Assembly (NCBI RefSeq): GCF_009914755.1
Contig: NC_060926.1
Origin: the human T2T-CHM13v2.0 reference genome, Homo sapiens
Strand: one strand, 5' to 3'
Length of the DNA stretch: 64,000 nucleotides
Shown here: piece by piece, positions 23,648-37,030 of the stretch
How positions within the stretch are numbered: the stretch's first letter is position 1
How the letters are laid out: every line of letters begins with the position of its first letter
Translations under genes and position numbers: made by a program
The notes under the pieces: model-generated
Database searches by the model: none
What the model saw: only the letters and a program-made list of their open reading frames with translations
What the model was told of the DNA's origin: nothing

Positions 23648-24448
23648 TGTTGAGTCAGTTGTGTTTGAAATTTTAACTGATTTAAATCATTGTTAAAACT
23701 TTTACTCACTAAGGATAGTTGTTAAAATGGCAGAAGGATGTGGTTAAGTGCTGGTCATCATAGGCATGACTGAAACTGGCACGATTTTCCAACAAGCCAG
23801 ATGCCCACAGAACTAAAGCTTGAGAAACTTATGCACCCACTGCCTGTTAACCAATGCCTCTTCCCGGCTGCTCCCTCATTCCTATTTTCCTGCTTGTGGT
23901 TACGGTAAGATGCTAGGCTCCTCATTTGACCACCTGTTGCCTATTGACCAACTCCTCCTCCTTGGTCCTCCAGTTTTCCTTCCAGCTATATAAACCCTTC
24001 ACTTTATTTTTTAAATTAATCTTTTTTGAGACAAAGTCTTGCTCTGTTGCCCAGGCTGGAGTGCAGTGATGTGGTCTCAGCTCACTGCAACCTCCGCCTC
24101 CCAGTTCAAGCAATTCTCCTGCCTCAGCCTCCCGAGTAGCTGGGATTACAGGCATGAGCCACCACGCCCGGCTAATATTTTGTATTTTTAGTAGAGACGG
24201 GGTTTCACCATGTTGGCCAGGCTGGTCTCAAATACCTGACCTCAAGTAATCCTCCCACCTTGGCCTCCCAAAGTGCTGGGATTACAGAAACCCTTAACTT
24301 TATTGGAGGGGAGGGACGATTTGAGGCTTGTCTTCCGTCTCTCTGGCTGCATCACCTGAATAAAGCCTTCTTTGGCCATACTCCCAGTGATTGGCTTTCT
24401 GTGTGGTGAGCTACAGGACCACAATCAAAGCCCTGACATTCGGTAACA
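23648..24448 (+). mobile_element. MER39-like ERV1 solo LTR interrupted by an Alu
   Basis: TATATAAA at 23987, AATAAA at 24359, 3' end cagtgattggctttctgtgtggtgagc...ttcggtaaca. The 5' boundary is approximate. Confidence 0.75.
24009..24287 (-). mobile_element. AluS, slightly 5'-truncated
   Basis: 17-bp TSD aaaccctt(c/a)actttatt at 23992-24008 and 24288-24304. Confidence 0.96.
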
Positions 24449-24929
24449 TTACCAGCATGTCAAGTGGTGCATAGGCCTAAGTCAGCCACGTTACCTACCT
24501 GACCCATAATGTCAGCCATTGTTTCTCTCCAGGTACAGGGTGGTGGGAATCTTGGTTCACTGTTCAGGCTATGAAAGAAACATAGCTGGACTCTCCTGTA
24601 TCTAAACTCAACTTCCGTTTAGGGCCTCTACTCCACTGTGGTCATTTCAGTTTATGCAGAATCCCCCAGCTTTTTCCTGGGAACACGAAGCCGCCACAGG
24701 CCCACTCTGGCCTTGGCAGGGACACCCTCACTCTGGCTGCTGTTGGTTTGCTGGCCTGGCCTCTATCCAGCCCCTTCAAATCCCTTCTCCAATGCCACCT
24801 TGTCACCAGGGACCGGGAAACCCCCTGGGCTCACCCAGGGCTCGCTTGCCCCTGTGACCTCCTGAGTGGCTACTTCTTTCCTAGGCCTTGCCACCTCCCT
24901 GGAGCTCTGCCCAGGACCGGGGGCCATGG

Positions 24930-25300
24930 TGGTCTCTGGCTCTGATGGCCAAACATTTCCAATTATCCCTCCAGGCTCAGAGCACCATGGCTGAACCCCC
25001 TAAGAGTTCACTGTGGCCTGTGACTTGCTCTGGCCAGTGAAAAGAAACAAGTGACAAGGGGCATCTCTTGGCAGAGGCTTTGGAAGCCAGAGTGTGGTTT
25101 CTTTTGCCATGGCGATCAGTGTGAAGCTTTAGGTGGCGCCTGCTCTGTCAGCTGGGCTCCTGGAGTGAGGAGACAGCGTGGGGCCCTGCTGATTCACAAT
25201 GGATGTGGAGTGACAGTGAGAAATTCACCTTACTTTGTTAAGCTGCTGCAAGGTGGGGTTGTTTGTTACTGCAGCCGAGTCTACCACCCTGACTGCTACA
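24930..25300 (+). mobile_element. Old MLT1 (MLT1I/J-like) LTR
   Basis: tgtgacttgctctggccagtgaaa...tcagctgggctcctggagtgag...tttgttactgcagc...ctgactgctaca. Confidence 0.7.
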
Positions 25301-25728
25301 GAGACACGAGTTTCTTCTACTCTTGACCTTCCAGATCAACCTGAGGTCCAATATGCCCCATTGCTCAGCCAAGAAGCAGCAGAGTGGGAGACCCTCTTCT
25401 CGGGACACCTGCCCTCCCAACCAGGGGGAGTTTTCTTTGATGCCGGCCTGCCTCTTGCCATCAGTTTTCCATTCCTAGCCTGTTGTCCATTCACTCAAGC
25501 CTGGGCTTCCAACACTTGAAAGGCAATAAATGACTCCACTTCTTCTACTGTCCTGCTGTCCTTCTCTGAGACAACTTCTGAAGGCTGACTGGGGCAGGGG
25601 AGGAAGAGAAATGCCAGGGGTAGCATGGGATGGAGAATGGGGAGTGGCTGGCTGGATAATAGCCCCCGAAGGATGACCATGTCCTGGGGCCTAATCCCCA
25701 GGACCTATGAATGTTACCTTACATGTCA

Positions 25729-26318
<590 letters not shown>

Positions 26319-27117
26319 TTATTCTAAATTACCACGCATCAGTGCATCATGCGGTCCAACCACGGGGGAGGTAGCAGGCAGGGTAAGAGAAGATGTGACG
26401 ACGGGGCGGAGGTCACAGTGATGGGCTTTAAGGACGCACACAGAGACCACAGGCGAGGAATGCAGACCGCCAGTGGGATGTGGAGAAGGCCAGAGAATGG
26501 ATTCTCTTGCAGAGCCTCCAGAGGGAACACAGCCCTGCAGACGCCTTGCGCTCAGCCAAGTGAGATCCTTGTTGGCTTCTCACCTACAAAGCAGTAAGAG
26601 AATCCAATTGTGCTGGTTAAGCTGCCAAGTTTGTGGTCATTTGTGACAGCAGCAGTAGGAAACTGGCACTCTTAGTGACTAATTAAAGAGTTCACCTGTC
26701 ACATCTGCAGGCCACCAGGGTGTGGCCTAATGTGAATCTTTTGTCCCCTCCCATTGCTGATGTCATACAGGTTTGACTGTGGGTCCCCCAGACTCTGCTC
26801 CTGCTGTGCTCCAACCTCACTCTTCCCTGATTTCTCCTCCTGGCATTCCAGGCTCCTGGACCCCAGTATCTTCTTCAGACTGAGGATTTGACTTCTGCTT
26901 GGTCTCCTAGGGTGAGCCCTTGCCCCTGCATCTCCTTTAGTTCTAACACACCAGCCACTTCAGAGAAGCCCCTGACACCCCTGCCTTAGGAGTCCTGCTC
27001 CCTCTTCAGGTGGCTCTGCCGGTCTCTGCTGCTTTCTCTCCAGGCCCTACCAGATCCAGCCTCGAGCACAGCTGGGGAGTCAGGGTGCCTGGCCTCACCT
27101 TTCTGGACACCCCTCAG

Positions 27118-27335
27118 AGTGCACTGTCCAGTGTGCTAGCTACTACCCCATGAGACTAGGATGAGACTAAGTAAATTTAAATTTAAATTAATGAAAAGTA
27201 AACATTCGGTTACCCGGTCATACTAGCCATATGTCCAGTGCTTAGCAGCCACATAGGGCTAGTGACAACTGTATTGGATGACACTGACATGAACATTTCC
27301 ATCATTGCAGAAAGTTCCATCAGACAGCTGTGCTC
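27118..27335. mobile_element. MER3-like hAT-Charlie MITE
   Basis: gcactgtcca...tactagccatatgtccagtgctt...gaacatttccatcattgcagaaagttc. Confidence 0.8.
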
Positions 27336-27549
27336 TAAGGCATTCTTCCATCCTTTGAATGCCCTTACAGCCCTGCCCAGCTTAGAGAAAGGAGCTCCTA
27401 TGTGGAGTTCCACGTGGGTGTGAGGAGGCTGTAATCCTTGCATTCTCTCTCCTTGGAGCACGTCATGTATTTTATGCCTCCTCTCTGTCTAGGGAATGGC
27501 TATTTCTGGCCCATAACAAAGAAAGGGTCGTCAGCAGGACACAGCCATG

Positions 27550-28080
27550 AGCCTCGGTGTTTATTCCTTCCTCTCTGGAGTGCCTTCCCCTACTACAGAG
27601 ATTTGAAAGCTTGAACTACATTTCCCACAGCCCTTTGCAGTCAGGGTCCTGGTTACAAAATCAGTTCTGTAAGAGAAGCACTTACATGACGTTAGAAGAC
27701 AGAAGGCAAACAGGAAAGACCAGTGTCCAGCCTCCTGCTCCAGTCGCAGCAGTGGCTGGATTCAGCATCCCCATGGCCAGCCATCAGCTTTCTGTGTCAA
27801 AAGGCAGCTGTCTCTACGACTGAGGATTTAGGCCCACGGGCACTGGCAGCTCCCTAATCCCATCTTCCCGATTCCCTGGGTCACAGCTATGACAACGTGT
27901 TCCTGGAGTTAATTTCCTGTTCCTTGGTATTCTGGTAGTCATTCCTGGAGACCCAGACTGGAATTGAGCCATCAGCCTCTTCAGATGATTTTGTAAATCT
28001 TTAAGTGCCTGTATTAAATCCCTTCCTGCTTAAAGTACCTGGCATGGTTTCTGTTCCCTACACTCAACCTGGACTAGCAA
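27550..28080 (+). mobile_element. LTR33-like ERVL LTR
   Basis: actacatttcccacagccctttgcag...tgtattaaatcccttcctgcttaaagtacctggcatggtttctgtt. Confidence 0.7.
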
Positions 28081-28892
28081 GGAGTCAGTAGCAGCTGGAG
28101 CAGGTAAATCCTAAATCAGAGCTACTGTCTGGGCATCTCTAAAATATAAATTGCCCCAAGGTCTAAGCGACTTGTCCTGGAAGTAGACGTTTTCGACCTC
28201 GATCACCACTGTCCTACAGAGCTGGACCAAGTGATACCTGCCTTCATTTTATGTGATGGTCTTTATACACCAGCTGTTCAGAATTCTTGAACCCCAGAAT
28301 AAAGGGTTTAAGGAGCCCAGGTAATTTCAAATGCCACAGCTAACTAAAACAATAGCTTTTTATTAAGGCTGGCTTAAAAAAAAAATTGAGTTACAAGGTG
28401 AAATGTTATGTCCAAAGTGTGGCTGAACTGTCAAAGGTACACAAAATCAGCCACATGAAATTACAAAACACAAGCTGTTTTGTTCTGTGGAAGTGAAAAA
28501 AGGAAATTTTTTCATCAAGGTAGGAAAATGACAAAAATAACAGCACTAAGAACGCCACAGCAATAAGACTGTGAGTGTCATGGTCCCAAGTGTCTCCTGC
28601 CACCTCCACTCAGCCACATCCTGCTGTCCTGTCCTCAAAGTCAAGCGCTCGGGTTAATATGCGCATAGCATTGCTTCTCTTCATTCACGTGCACCTTACT
28701 CTCCACTCGTGATTCAATAATTCCAGCACAGCAAACTGTGGCTTCTTCCCAAGGAGTAGCAATTATTTGATATTATATCCCAAGAAGCTCATTTGTATCT
28801 CCTTGGCAATCTTCTCATAGCAAAGACTTGCCAAGAACAGAGCCTGTGCCCATCTGTCTCTCTCACTTGTTTACTAAATATTTATTGAGCAC

Positions 28893-29352
28893 TGTTATGG
28901 GTTGAATGTTGTCCTTCCTTCAAAAAAGATATGTTGTAGTCCTAACCTAACAATACCTTAGAATGGGACCTTATTTGGAAATAGGGTCATTGCAGATATA
29001 ATTAGTTAAGATGAGGCCATAATCTTAAGGTGGGCCCTTAATACAGTATGACCGGTGTCCTTATAAGAAGATCGCCATGCAAAGACAGGCACACAGGGAG
29101 AATGCCAGACAAATATGTAGGCAGAGATTGAGTGATGCCACTGTGAGCCAAAGAAGGCCAAAGATTGCTGGCCACACCAGAAGCTGGAAGAGGCAAGGAA
29201 GGATTCCCCCAAAGGTTTCAGAGGGAGTGGGGCCCTGCAGCCACCTTGATTTCAGACCTTTTTGCTTCCAGAACTGTAATAGAGTACATTTCTATTGTTT
29301 TAAGCCACCTAGTTGTTGGCACTTTCTTACAGCAGCCCTAGGAACTAACACA
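28893..29352 (+). mobile_element. MLT1C-like LTR inserted in an L2 3' end
   Basis: tgttatgggttgaatg...ccttatttggaaatagggtc...gcagccctaggaactaacaca. 5-bp TSD agcac/ggcac. Confidence 0.9.
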
Positions 29353-29659
29353 GGCACCGACTGCACCAAGCAGGATTCTGGAAGCTGAGGTTACAGTGGA
29401 GAAGGAAACAGGTATGTCCCTATCTGAAAAGTTCACAGCCTCCCCCAGCATACCCACCCCTCTCAGATGTCCTTCCCCCATCGTCCTGCAGCCTCCTTTC
29501 TCAACCTCTGGGGAATGACTGGGCTGGCGTTATCAGTGCCTCTGGGTTACGAAACCAACGAACAAACTAACCAATCGTGGCCAGCCAGCACTGTTGATTT
29601 GGGACCTTGGCCGCAGCGCCTGGCTCTTTAGCTAAGAGCATGATATTTTAGTTATGCTT

Positions 29660-29790
29660 TGATTCTAACCGAGGCAGCTAATTTTATATATGGGGAAACT
29701 GAGGCGTGGGGAACTGAAGAGATGCCCAAGATTGGGGTAGTTCATGCTAGAACCAGATCTAGTGCTGAAGTCCACAGATGTCCAGTCTCC
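29660..29790 (-). mobile_element. MIR
   Basis: attttatatatggggaaactgaggc...tgcccaag. Confidence 0.6.
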
Positions 29791-30494
29791 ATGTCCTGCC
29801 CTCTGAGGCCCAGCTAGAGCCAAAAGCAAAACCTCCCTCTTCCCAGGGAGCATTGGTCCTGGGTCAGTGGCTCAGTCTCCGGGGGACCCCTCTCTCAGAG
29901 CTGTGTCTCACCTGTGACAAGCCCCTCCTCGTTTCCATGTCCCCCACCCTGTCCCCACTGGCCCATGCAGCAGCTCCAAATGCATTGGTTTTCCCTGATC
30001 ACTCACTCTGGGACTTCCATATGCTGAGCCAGGCCAGTCCCACCGGATGTGAGAGCTTGGGGGCTGGGCTCACAGGCCTATGTCAGGCACAGCACACAGT
30101 TGCACACTTGGGTGACGAGTGCCTTTGTTTATGCCTCCTCGAACCTGGTATGAACACCTGCATACAATACGTCAGTGTTTCCTGGCCAGGATGAGGTCAC
30201 AGGCCCTGTAAAAATCTCATGAAGTTATAAATCCTCCCTTATAAAACTTACCATTCAGACTTACACAGAAAACTTTAAATAATTCTTCAGGGGGCTCATG
30301 GGCCACCAAAGCCTGTCTGTGTCCTGAGAGGCCCATAGACTCCAGATTAAAACTGCAGGCAAAAGGTACACAGGTTTGTGCATATAGATGCAAGCAAAAC
30401 CTGCCAAAAGCTACATTAGTGTGTAAATGGTGTGGCATGCATTTCACGTGATTTATTTTGTTTGAATACCTGATGTCAAATATATGTAAGGTGA

Positions 30495-30700
30495 TGTAAG
30501 TTGAGTGGAGTGGAAGAACACAGACTTTGGAGTTCCACAGATCTCTGTTAAATTTCTACTTTGCTACTATCCTAGCTGCATGACTTTGGGTATGAAGCTG
30601 CATGAATTTGCTTCTCAGCCTCAGTATCTTCATGCGTAAAATGTGGATATGCATGAAGCTATGAATAGAAAATATCTAGTAAAAGGGTAGCCGGCACTTC
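30495..30700 (+). mobile_element. MIR
   Basis: gtggaagaacacagactttggagt...tcagcctcagtatcttcatgcgtaaaatg. Confidence 0.7.
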
Positions 30701-31047
30701 GAAATTTGACTAAAAAATTATTATATAGCAATCCCTTTTCTCCCTCTTTATCGTTTCCTGTCTATATATAATATGTCATGTCTATCTTAAAAGATGTTTA
30801 TCCAAATGTTACTAGTGCAGGGGCTTGGATAGATGATTTAATGTATTTTTTTGTATTCAACAGATAACATTTATTCTTTTGGTATACAAAAGAAAACAAC
30901 AAATTTTTTAAAAAATTAAATGCCTACTACAGTATTTTTTACAGAATAGTTGACCAATAAGTAACACTTACTGATACCTTTATGTATAACATAAAATATA
31001 TTCCATATCACATATAATACAGCATTACAGAATCACTGGTGTTCATC

Positions 31048-31454
31048 TGATATAATTTGGATGTTTGTCCCCTCCAGATTTCATGCTGAGATGTCATCCT
31101 CGGTGTTGGAGATGGAACCTGGTGGGAGGTGTTTTGGTCTTGGGGGTGGATCTCTCAGGGCTTGTTGCTGTCCTTGAGATAGTGAGTGAGTTCTCGGGAG
31201 ACCCTGTTGTTTAAAGTGTGTGGAACCTCCCCCACCCACTCTCTTGCTCCTGCTCTGGTCATGTGACCTGCCTGCTCCCACTTCACCTTCCTCCATGAGC
31301 AAAAGCTCCCTGAGGCCTCCCCAGAAGCCAAGCACATGCCGGCACTGTACTTCCTGTACAGCCTGCAGAAGCATGAGCCAATTAGACCTCTTTTCTTTAT
31401 AAATGACCCAGCCTCAGGTATTTCTTTATGGCAGTACAAGAACAGCCTAACATA
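31048..31454 (+). mobile_element. MSTB-like MaLR LTR
   Basis: tgatataatttggatgtttgtcccctcc...tgagccaattagacctcttttctttataaatgacccagcctcaggtatttcttta. Confidence 0.9.
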
Positions 31455-32008
31455 CCACCCATCCCTAAAGCATCTGTGGAGTACCTATGACATGCATAGG
31501 CCATGACATAGGTGACCTACGACACCCAGGGGCCAGGGATTGCAGAGAGGAAGAGACTTGGCTTGTGCCCTCTGGAGGCTGATCCTGAGTGGGGAGTGGA
31601 GGCATTGTACCATTTCAGCTGGTCAAAGTTTTGAGGGGAGTTTTCCAAGGAGGAGATGAAATGGTAGAGGAGCTCCCGTGGGGAGAAGGTGCCAAGGGGA
31701 CTTGGGGAACGGAGAGGGGCCAGGAGCGAGCAAAACCATCCAACTTGGAGACACAATGGATTGTGGGGAAGGGTGGCAGATGGCCATGAGTGTCAGGCCA
31801 ATGCATTTAGACTTCACGTGGTGGAAGACAGGCGTCCCTGTGCTGCCTCTTGAGCAAGGAAGTGGCCTGATCAGAGTTTCAGTTTATGTTTTCAATTAGG
31901 ACCAAGTAGCAGAAACTGGACTGCAGAGCCTCAACTAAATAGGGATTTTATTGTTTGTTTGTTTCACAGACCATGGAGTCTGTGAAAGGAGGTAGAAAGT
32001 CCAGATCT

Positions 32009-32313
32009 GGCCGGGCACAGTGGCTCATGCCTGTAATACCAGCACTTTGGGAGGCTGAGGTGGGTGCATCACCTGAGGTCAGGAGTTCAAGACCAGCCTG
32101 GCCAATATGGCAAAACCCTGTCTCTACTAAAAATACAAAAATTAGCCGGGTGTGGTGCATGCATTGTAGTCCCAGCTACTCGGGAGGCTGAGACAGGAGA
32201 ATTGGTTGAACCCTGGAGGGAGAGGTTGCAGTAAGCCAAGATCGTGCCACTATACTCCAGCCTGGTTGACAGAGCAAGACTCTGTCTCAAAAAAAAAAAA
32301 AAAAAAAAAAAAA
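32009..32313 (+). mobile_element. AluS (Sx-like)
   Basis: Full dimeric Alu with a long poly-A. Confidence 0.96.
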
Positions 32314-32594
32314 AGAATGAATAAATATGCAAGATCCTCCAAAGGGAGGACTCTTTGTGGATTCCATGATGTTCACAGGGAGGGGTCTGTTTATGATGAG
32401 TAACCCAGGCAAGAAATACCTTTGGCCCTTCCAAGTGCTCCAGATATTGAGATGGGGCCCCATCCCATCCAGTCCTGGGTCGGGGAGTTAGGGGGTCTGT
32501 ACACATCTGGAATTGGGAATGAGGTAGTGCTCTGCACTGGCTGCTGGCAAGGATGCCCACGGACTGGAGGAAGGAGGTCCAGGCATCTGGATTT

Positions 32595-32900
32595 TCCATC
32601 AGGAAAGGCCAGGTTATGCTGCAATAACAAACAACCCCATTATGTCGGTGGCTTACAACATCAAGGGTTTGTTTCTTATTGCATCCGCTCCTGAGTCACT
32701 TGGGAACCCAAGCTGATAAAGAAGCCACCGTCTCCAACATCACTGCTCGTGGTGGCAGATGGAAAGAGAGACTGAGAGTGAGGGAGGGGTCTCCCATCAG
32801 CAAATAAGGGTTCCAGCCCGAAGTGACACACCCGACTCCCACAGACAGCTCAGTGGCAGAATGGTTTGTATGGACCAGCCCAACCACTAACAGCTTCAGT
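32595..32900 (-). mobile_element. Old MLT1 (MLT1J-like) LTR fragment
   Basis: aggttatgctgcaataacaaacaacccc...ggtggcttacaac...ggaacccaagctgat. Confidence 0.65.
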
Positions 32901-33159
32901 GACACAGAGTCATTGTAAGCGAAGGTCTGAAGCCAGGGTGCTTGAGGGACCTAGCTAGAGAAAACTGGAAGCTTCTGAAATTGTGTCTGTCAATATGAAA
33001 CTCTCACCTCCCGCAGCAGCAGGCAGTTGTGCACCCCACTCCTACCTGGCCGTGGCTTCCTGGGGCCTGGGGAGGGTTCCCTGGGGTCATCCCACAGCAG
33101 ATCTCTCTCTCAGGCTGAGGAAGGGATGCTGAGACATGGATCCTGGGAAAACTATTTTT

Positions 33160-33695
33160 CCTATACAGGGCCCAGTGATTTCACTACAAGAGGTAGGTCT
33201 GAGACAACTGAAAATAGACATCCACCAGAACCAGACATCCATAGCAGCACTATTCATAATAGTCAAAAGGTGGAAATGATCGAAATGTCCACCAACAGAC
33301 AAATGGAGAAGTAAAATGTGTTTTATCCATACAATGTTCAGCCATAAAAAGGAACCAACATGTTACATGTGATGAACCTTGAAAACATGGTGCTGACTGA
33401 AGGAAGCCACTCACAAAAGGGTGCATGCCATATGCCCTGCTCACATGAGTATCTATGCCAGGGGAAGCTAGAGAGATGGAAAGTAGGTTAGTGGTTGTCA
33501 GAGGCAGGGGGTTGGGGGAGAAAGGCTCCATAGAGGCGATAGTTAAAGGGTATAGGGGTTCTTTTTGAAACGATGAAAACCTTCTCAAATTTGCTGTGGT
33601 GATAGTTGCACGTAGCTGTGCGTACACTAAAAACCATGGAGTTGTACATTTTAAAGGGATGAATTGCTTGGTGTGTGAATTACATCTCAGTAAAG
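33160..33695 (+). mobile_element. L1MB-type 3' end
   Basis: catagcagcactattcataatagtcaaaaggtggaaa...gtgtgtgaattacatctcagtaaag. Confidence 0.85.
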
Positions 33696-33989
33696 GCCCT
33701 TGCTACTGTCTGGCAGGGGAGCAGCTGCTCTGTCCTATAAGGTGGCGTAAGTATGGAGAACAGGCCCAGACTCTTCCTAACAGCCCACGGGAGCCAGCAG
33801 GAGCCAGCAGGAGGCCAGTGGGGATGGAGAGAGGATGGCACAAAGGGACGGCAAGGTCCGGCAGGGGTTGGGAACACTGAGGCAGCCGCAGACTCTACAA
33901 GGTCTCCAGGTCCAGGTGAGATCCAGAGGCAGCCAGATGCCTGACTGAGCCCTGCTCCCACCTACCTCAACTGTGCTCCCATTGCCTGA

Positions 33990-34250
33990 CAGCCATTCAT
34001 TCATTCATTTGTTCATAAATTTGCCCATTCATTCAGTGATTTATTCACCTAGCAAATATCCATTTGATGTCTACTTTGTGCTTCCAAGATTTTCATTCAC
34101 CATCCACGTAACTGTCCTCTCATGATTCTGTACACTCATTTCTCAGGTATTTAATGAGCATCTACTATGCACCACACACTGCAGTAGGTGCTGGGGTGCA
34201 GGTGGACAGCACAGACAAGAATCTCTGCCTGCTCAGCAATGGACACCTTA
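33990..34250 (-). mobile_element. L2 3' end(s)
   Basis: (CATT)n tail and tttaatgagcatctactatgcc...tgctgggg. Confidence 0.65.
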
Positions 34251-34869
34251 AAGGAAAAACATTCAAGTATCTTACATTGCAGTTATTATGTTTTTAAAAT
34301 AGGGGAGCACCAAACAAGACATAAATTTTTTCTTACGGAATTATATAGCCCAGATGAGTTTACAAATGTAATCAAGTACAACCGTAAAATCAATGAAAAT
34401 GTCAGTGTTCTGTGCCTATGTTCTGTCTTGCAGAGCGTGGACCCTCTGAAGTCAGTCCTTCCTCCACAGTTTCTGTCTGAAATCCTGCTCCACGTTGTGT
34501 TCGGCTTTCACGTGGCACACGCCTCTCCTTGCTGGACACGCCAGCCAGGCTTTGTCATTTCATCCTATCTTTTTTGTCAGCTCATGACAGTAACAGCAGT
34601 GTCACTCCAAAACAACCTTGGCATTCACACCAGCACCTATCTGGGCACCAAAATCTCGAGGTGACACTTGGCTTTGAGGCCAGCCTCCCACATCTTTCAG
34701 AGCATGCTCCATGAGTGACCTGAATCTGCCTGCTGACATCCTCAGGTGGAATATGCCACCAGGGTCCCTTCTCCAGCCCCACCACACTGCGGCCCACTCC
34801 TTCCAGGCACCCCGGAACACTGTCCGACAGCGCCGACCCACAGGATGTTCCAGGACCATGGAAGTGCTT

Positions 34870-35020
34870 TATGTCTGTGCTGTCTAATACAGGAGTTATT
34901 GAACACTAGAAATGTTGTTAGTGGGCTGGGGAACTGAACTTTTAATTGCATTTAGTTGTAGTTAATTTAAGTGTAAATCATCACTTGTGGCTCGTGGCTA
35001 CCTTACTGGGTAGCTCTGGC
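34870..35020. mobile_element. hAT-Charlie (MER3/MER33-type) fragment
   Basis: tgtgctgtctaatac...gaactgaacttttaatt...cacttgtggctcgtggctacc. Confidence 0.65.
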
Positions 35021-35064
35021 TAGCTCTACGGGATCTAGGTCAGCCTTCTTAAAAAGATGGAAGA

Positions 35065-35369
<305 letters not shown>

Positions 35370-36239
35370 TCAGCAAAATGAGTTCTTAATCATTTATACT
35401 GTTTTGTTTTGTTTTGTTTGAAGCCACGATTTATTCAGCACCCACCCTGTGCCAATCACTGTACAGGGTGCTGGGACCTGGGGATGACTAAGAGGATTTC
35501 TGCCTAAGTTCCTGGTTGGAATACTTACAGGGACTGACTCTCCCGGCCAAGGAGGGGTGGGGAACAGGAGGCCCGGAGCCAAGCCATGACCCTGGGTGGG
35601 TGCTGGCTTCCTTAGGTGGGTGCAGGGAGAAGGTGTCTGCTCGGGTCCAGAAGCACGCACATGTGAAACCACAGGGTGGGCTTAAGCAGCACGAAGGAGA
35701 GTGGAGGAGCCCGGTATGGCTGAGGCCAGGGAGGGTCTGGCAGCAGGATGAGGGTGGCAGGAGGCAGCCCCTGGAGGGCCCAAAACCCTGATTCTGTTTG
35801 GCTCCTGAGGAGCTTGGTCACTGTCCTATGGTGGCATGGAGTCCCGGAGTGTATGTGGAGGGCAAATGGGCAAGGTAGGAGGTTGTGGGTACCAGGCTGA
35901 GCACAGGAGAGAGGCCCGGGCTGGGACCGATCTGGGTGCCAACAGCGGGCATGGCAGAGCGGAGGGCAGTCGACGCAACAGGGGCTCCTGACAGATAACT
36001 GCCTGGCAGACGCGCCTCCCCGCAGCAGAGGAAAGGAGAGACAGAACCTCAGTGGTGTCAGAGGAGGACACGCAAGGCTGGAATGAGGCCCCTCCATGGT
36101 CGTGGAACTCTTGGGCCCCGACACCCCTATGGGCAGCCTTTGCTTGTTAGGCAGGGGCCTTGGGAGGAGGCGCAGACCCAGCTTCGGGGATGGGATCAGG
36201 CCCAGAAGAAACAGATGCCCACCTTCCCAGGCCTGTTTT

Positions 36240-36600
36240 TCATTCTGGTGCCACCATAAATTGCCTGGAGCAGCCCCCGCCCTCCCCCGGCCCCTGTTTT
36301 GCAGTCGGGGAGTATCAGTCATGATAAGACATTACTTAAAGCAGTGGTGACAGGGCCTAATCAGTCTTGTGAAATATAGACTTCTCCCCACACTGCGGGC
36401 AGGGCCAACATTAATACACATTTATGCAAAGCAAGAGCTGTAGCTGTCGGGTGCTAATCTTTACAAGTATGATAAATGATGTTTATTTTCAGTGATGGAA
36501 CGAAACACCCCAGCCGACAGTAATTGTAATAAAAAGGACAGATCAACTTCTATAAAGTGATTGAATTACCCAACGATTACATTAATGTCCACACTCTGGT
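36240..36600. promoter_or_regulatory. Candidate conserved developmental enhancer
   Basis: AT island in GC-rich surroundings with CCATAAA, TGATAA, TGACAG, TAATC, TGATAAAT, TGTTTAT, GTAATAAAA and TGATTGA. Confidence 0.5.
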
Positions 36601-36889
36601 GTGTCACCAGCTTCCTCGAGGTTCTGAGGACAACGTGCAGGACAATTTCCCCTTCAAGTCACCACCTGCCCTTCACCCACCTGGGCTCCTGGGGCAGAGG
36701 TGGCTGCAGCTGGGAGTGATGCCATTGGTGGCCTCCAGACCAGACTGTTTTCATCTTGTGTGGAAGGAACCTAGGCTGGGCGGCTGGAAGTGGCCGGGCA
36801 GTAGGTGGGAGGGCTGGGGGGCGGCAGAGGGGGACCCTGCCTCGACCAGCCTTTTGGAACAGAAAATACATTCTTATGTCTAATTCTCC

Positions 36890-37030
36890 CCATAATGCTG
36901 AAGGCTAGCAGCTATTATTATACTCTTTTTGCAGGTCAGGAAGTGGAGGCTCAGGAAGGTTAAGTGGCTTGGCCAAGGTCACACAGCTAGTGTGTGTCCA
37001 AAGTCCAAAATGAGATTCCCTCCCGGAAGC
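36890..37030 (-). mobile_element. MIR
   Basis: gaggctcaggaaggttaagtggcttggccaaggtcacacagctag. Confidence 0.75.

Noticed and set aside
27616-27630. ACTACATTTCCCA ZNF143/THAP11-type promoter motif
   Set aside because: Appears to be part of the LTR33-like sequence, with no CpG island or other promoter support.
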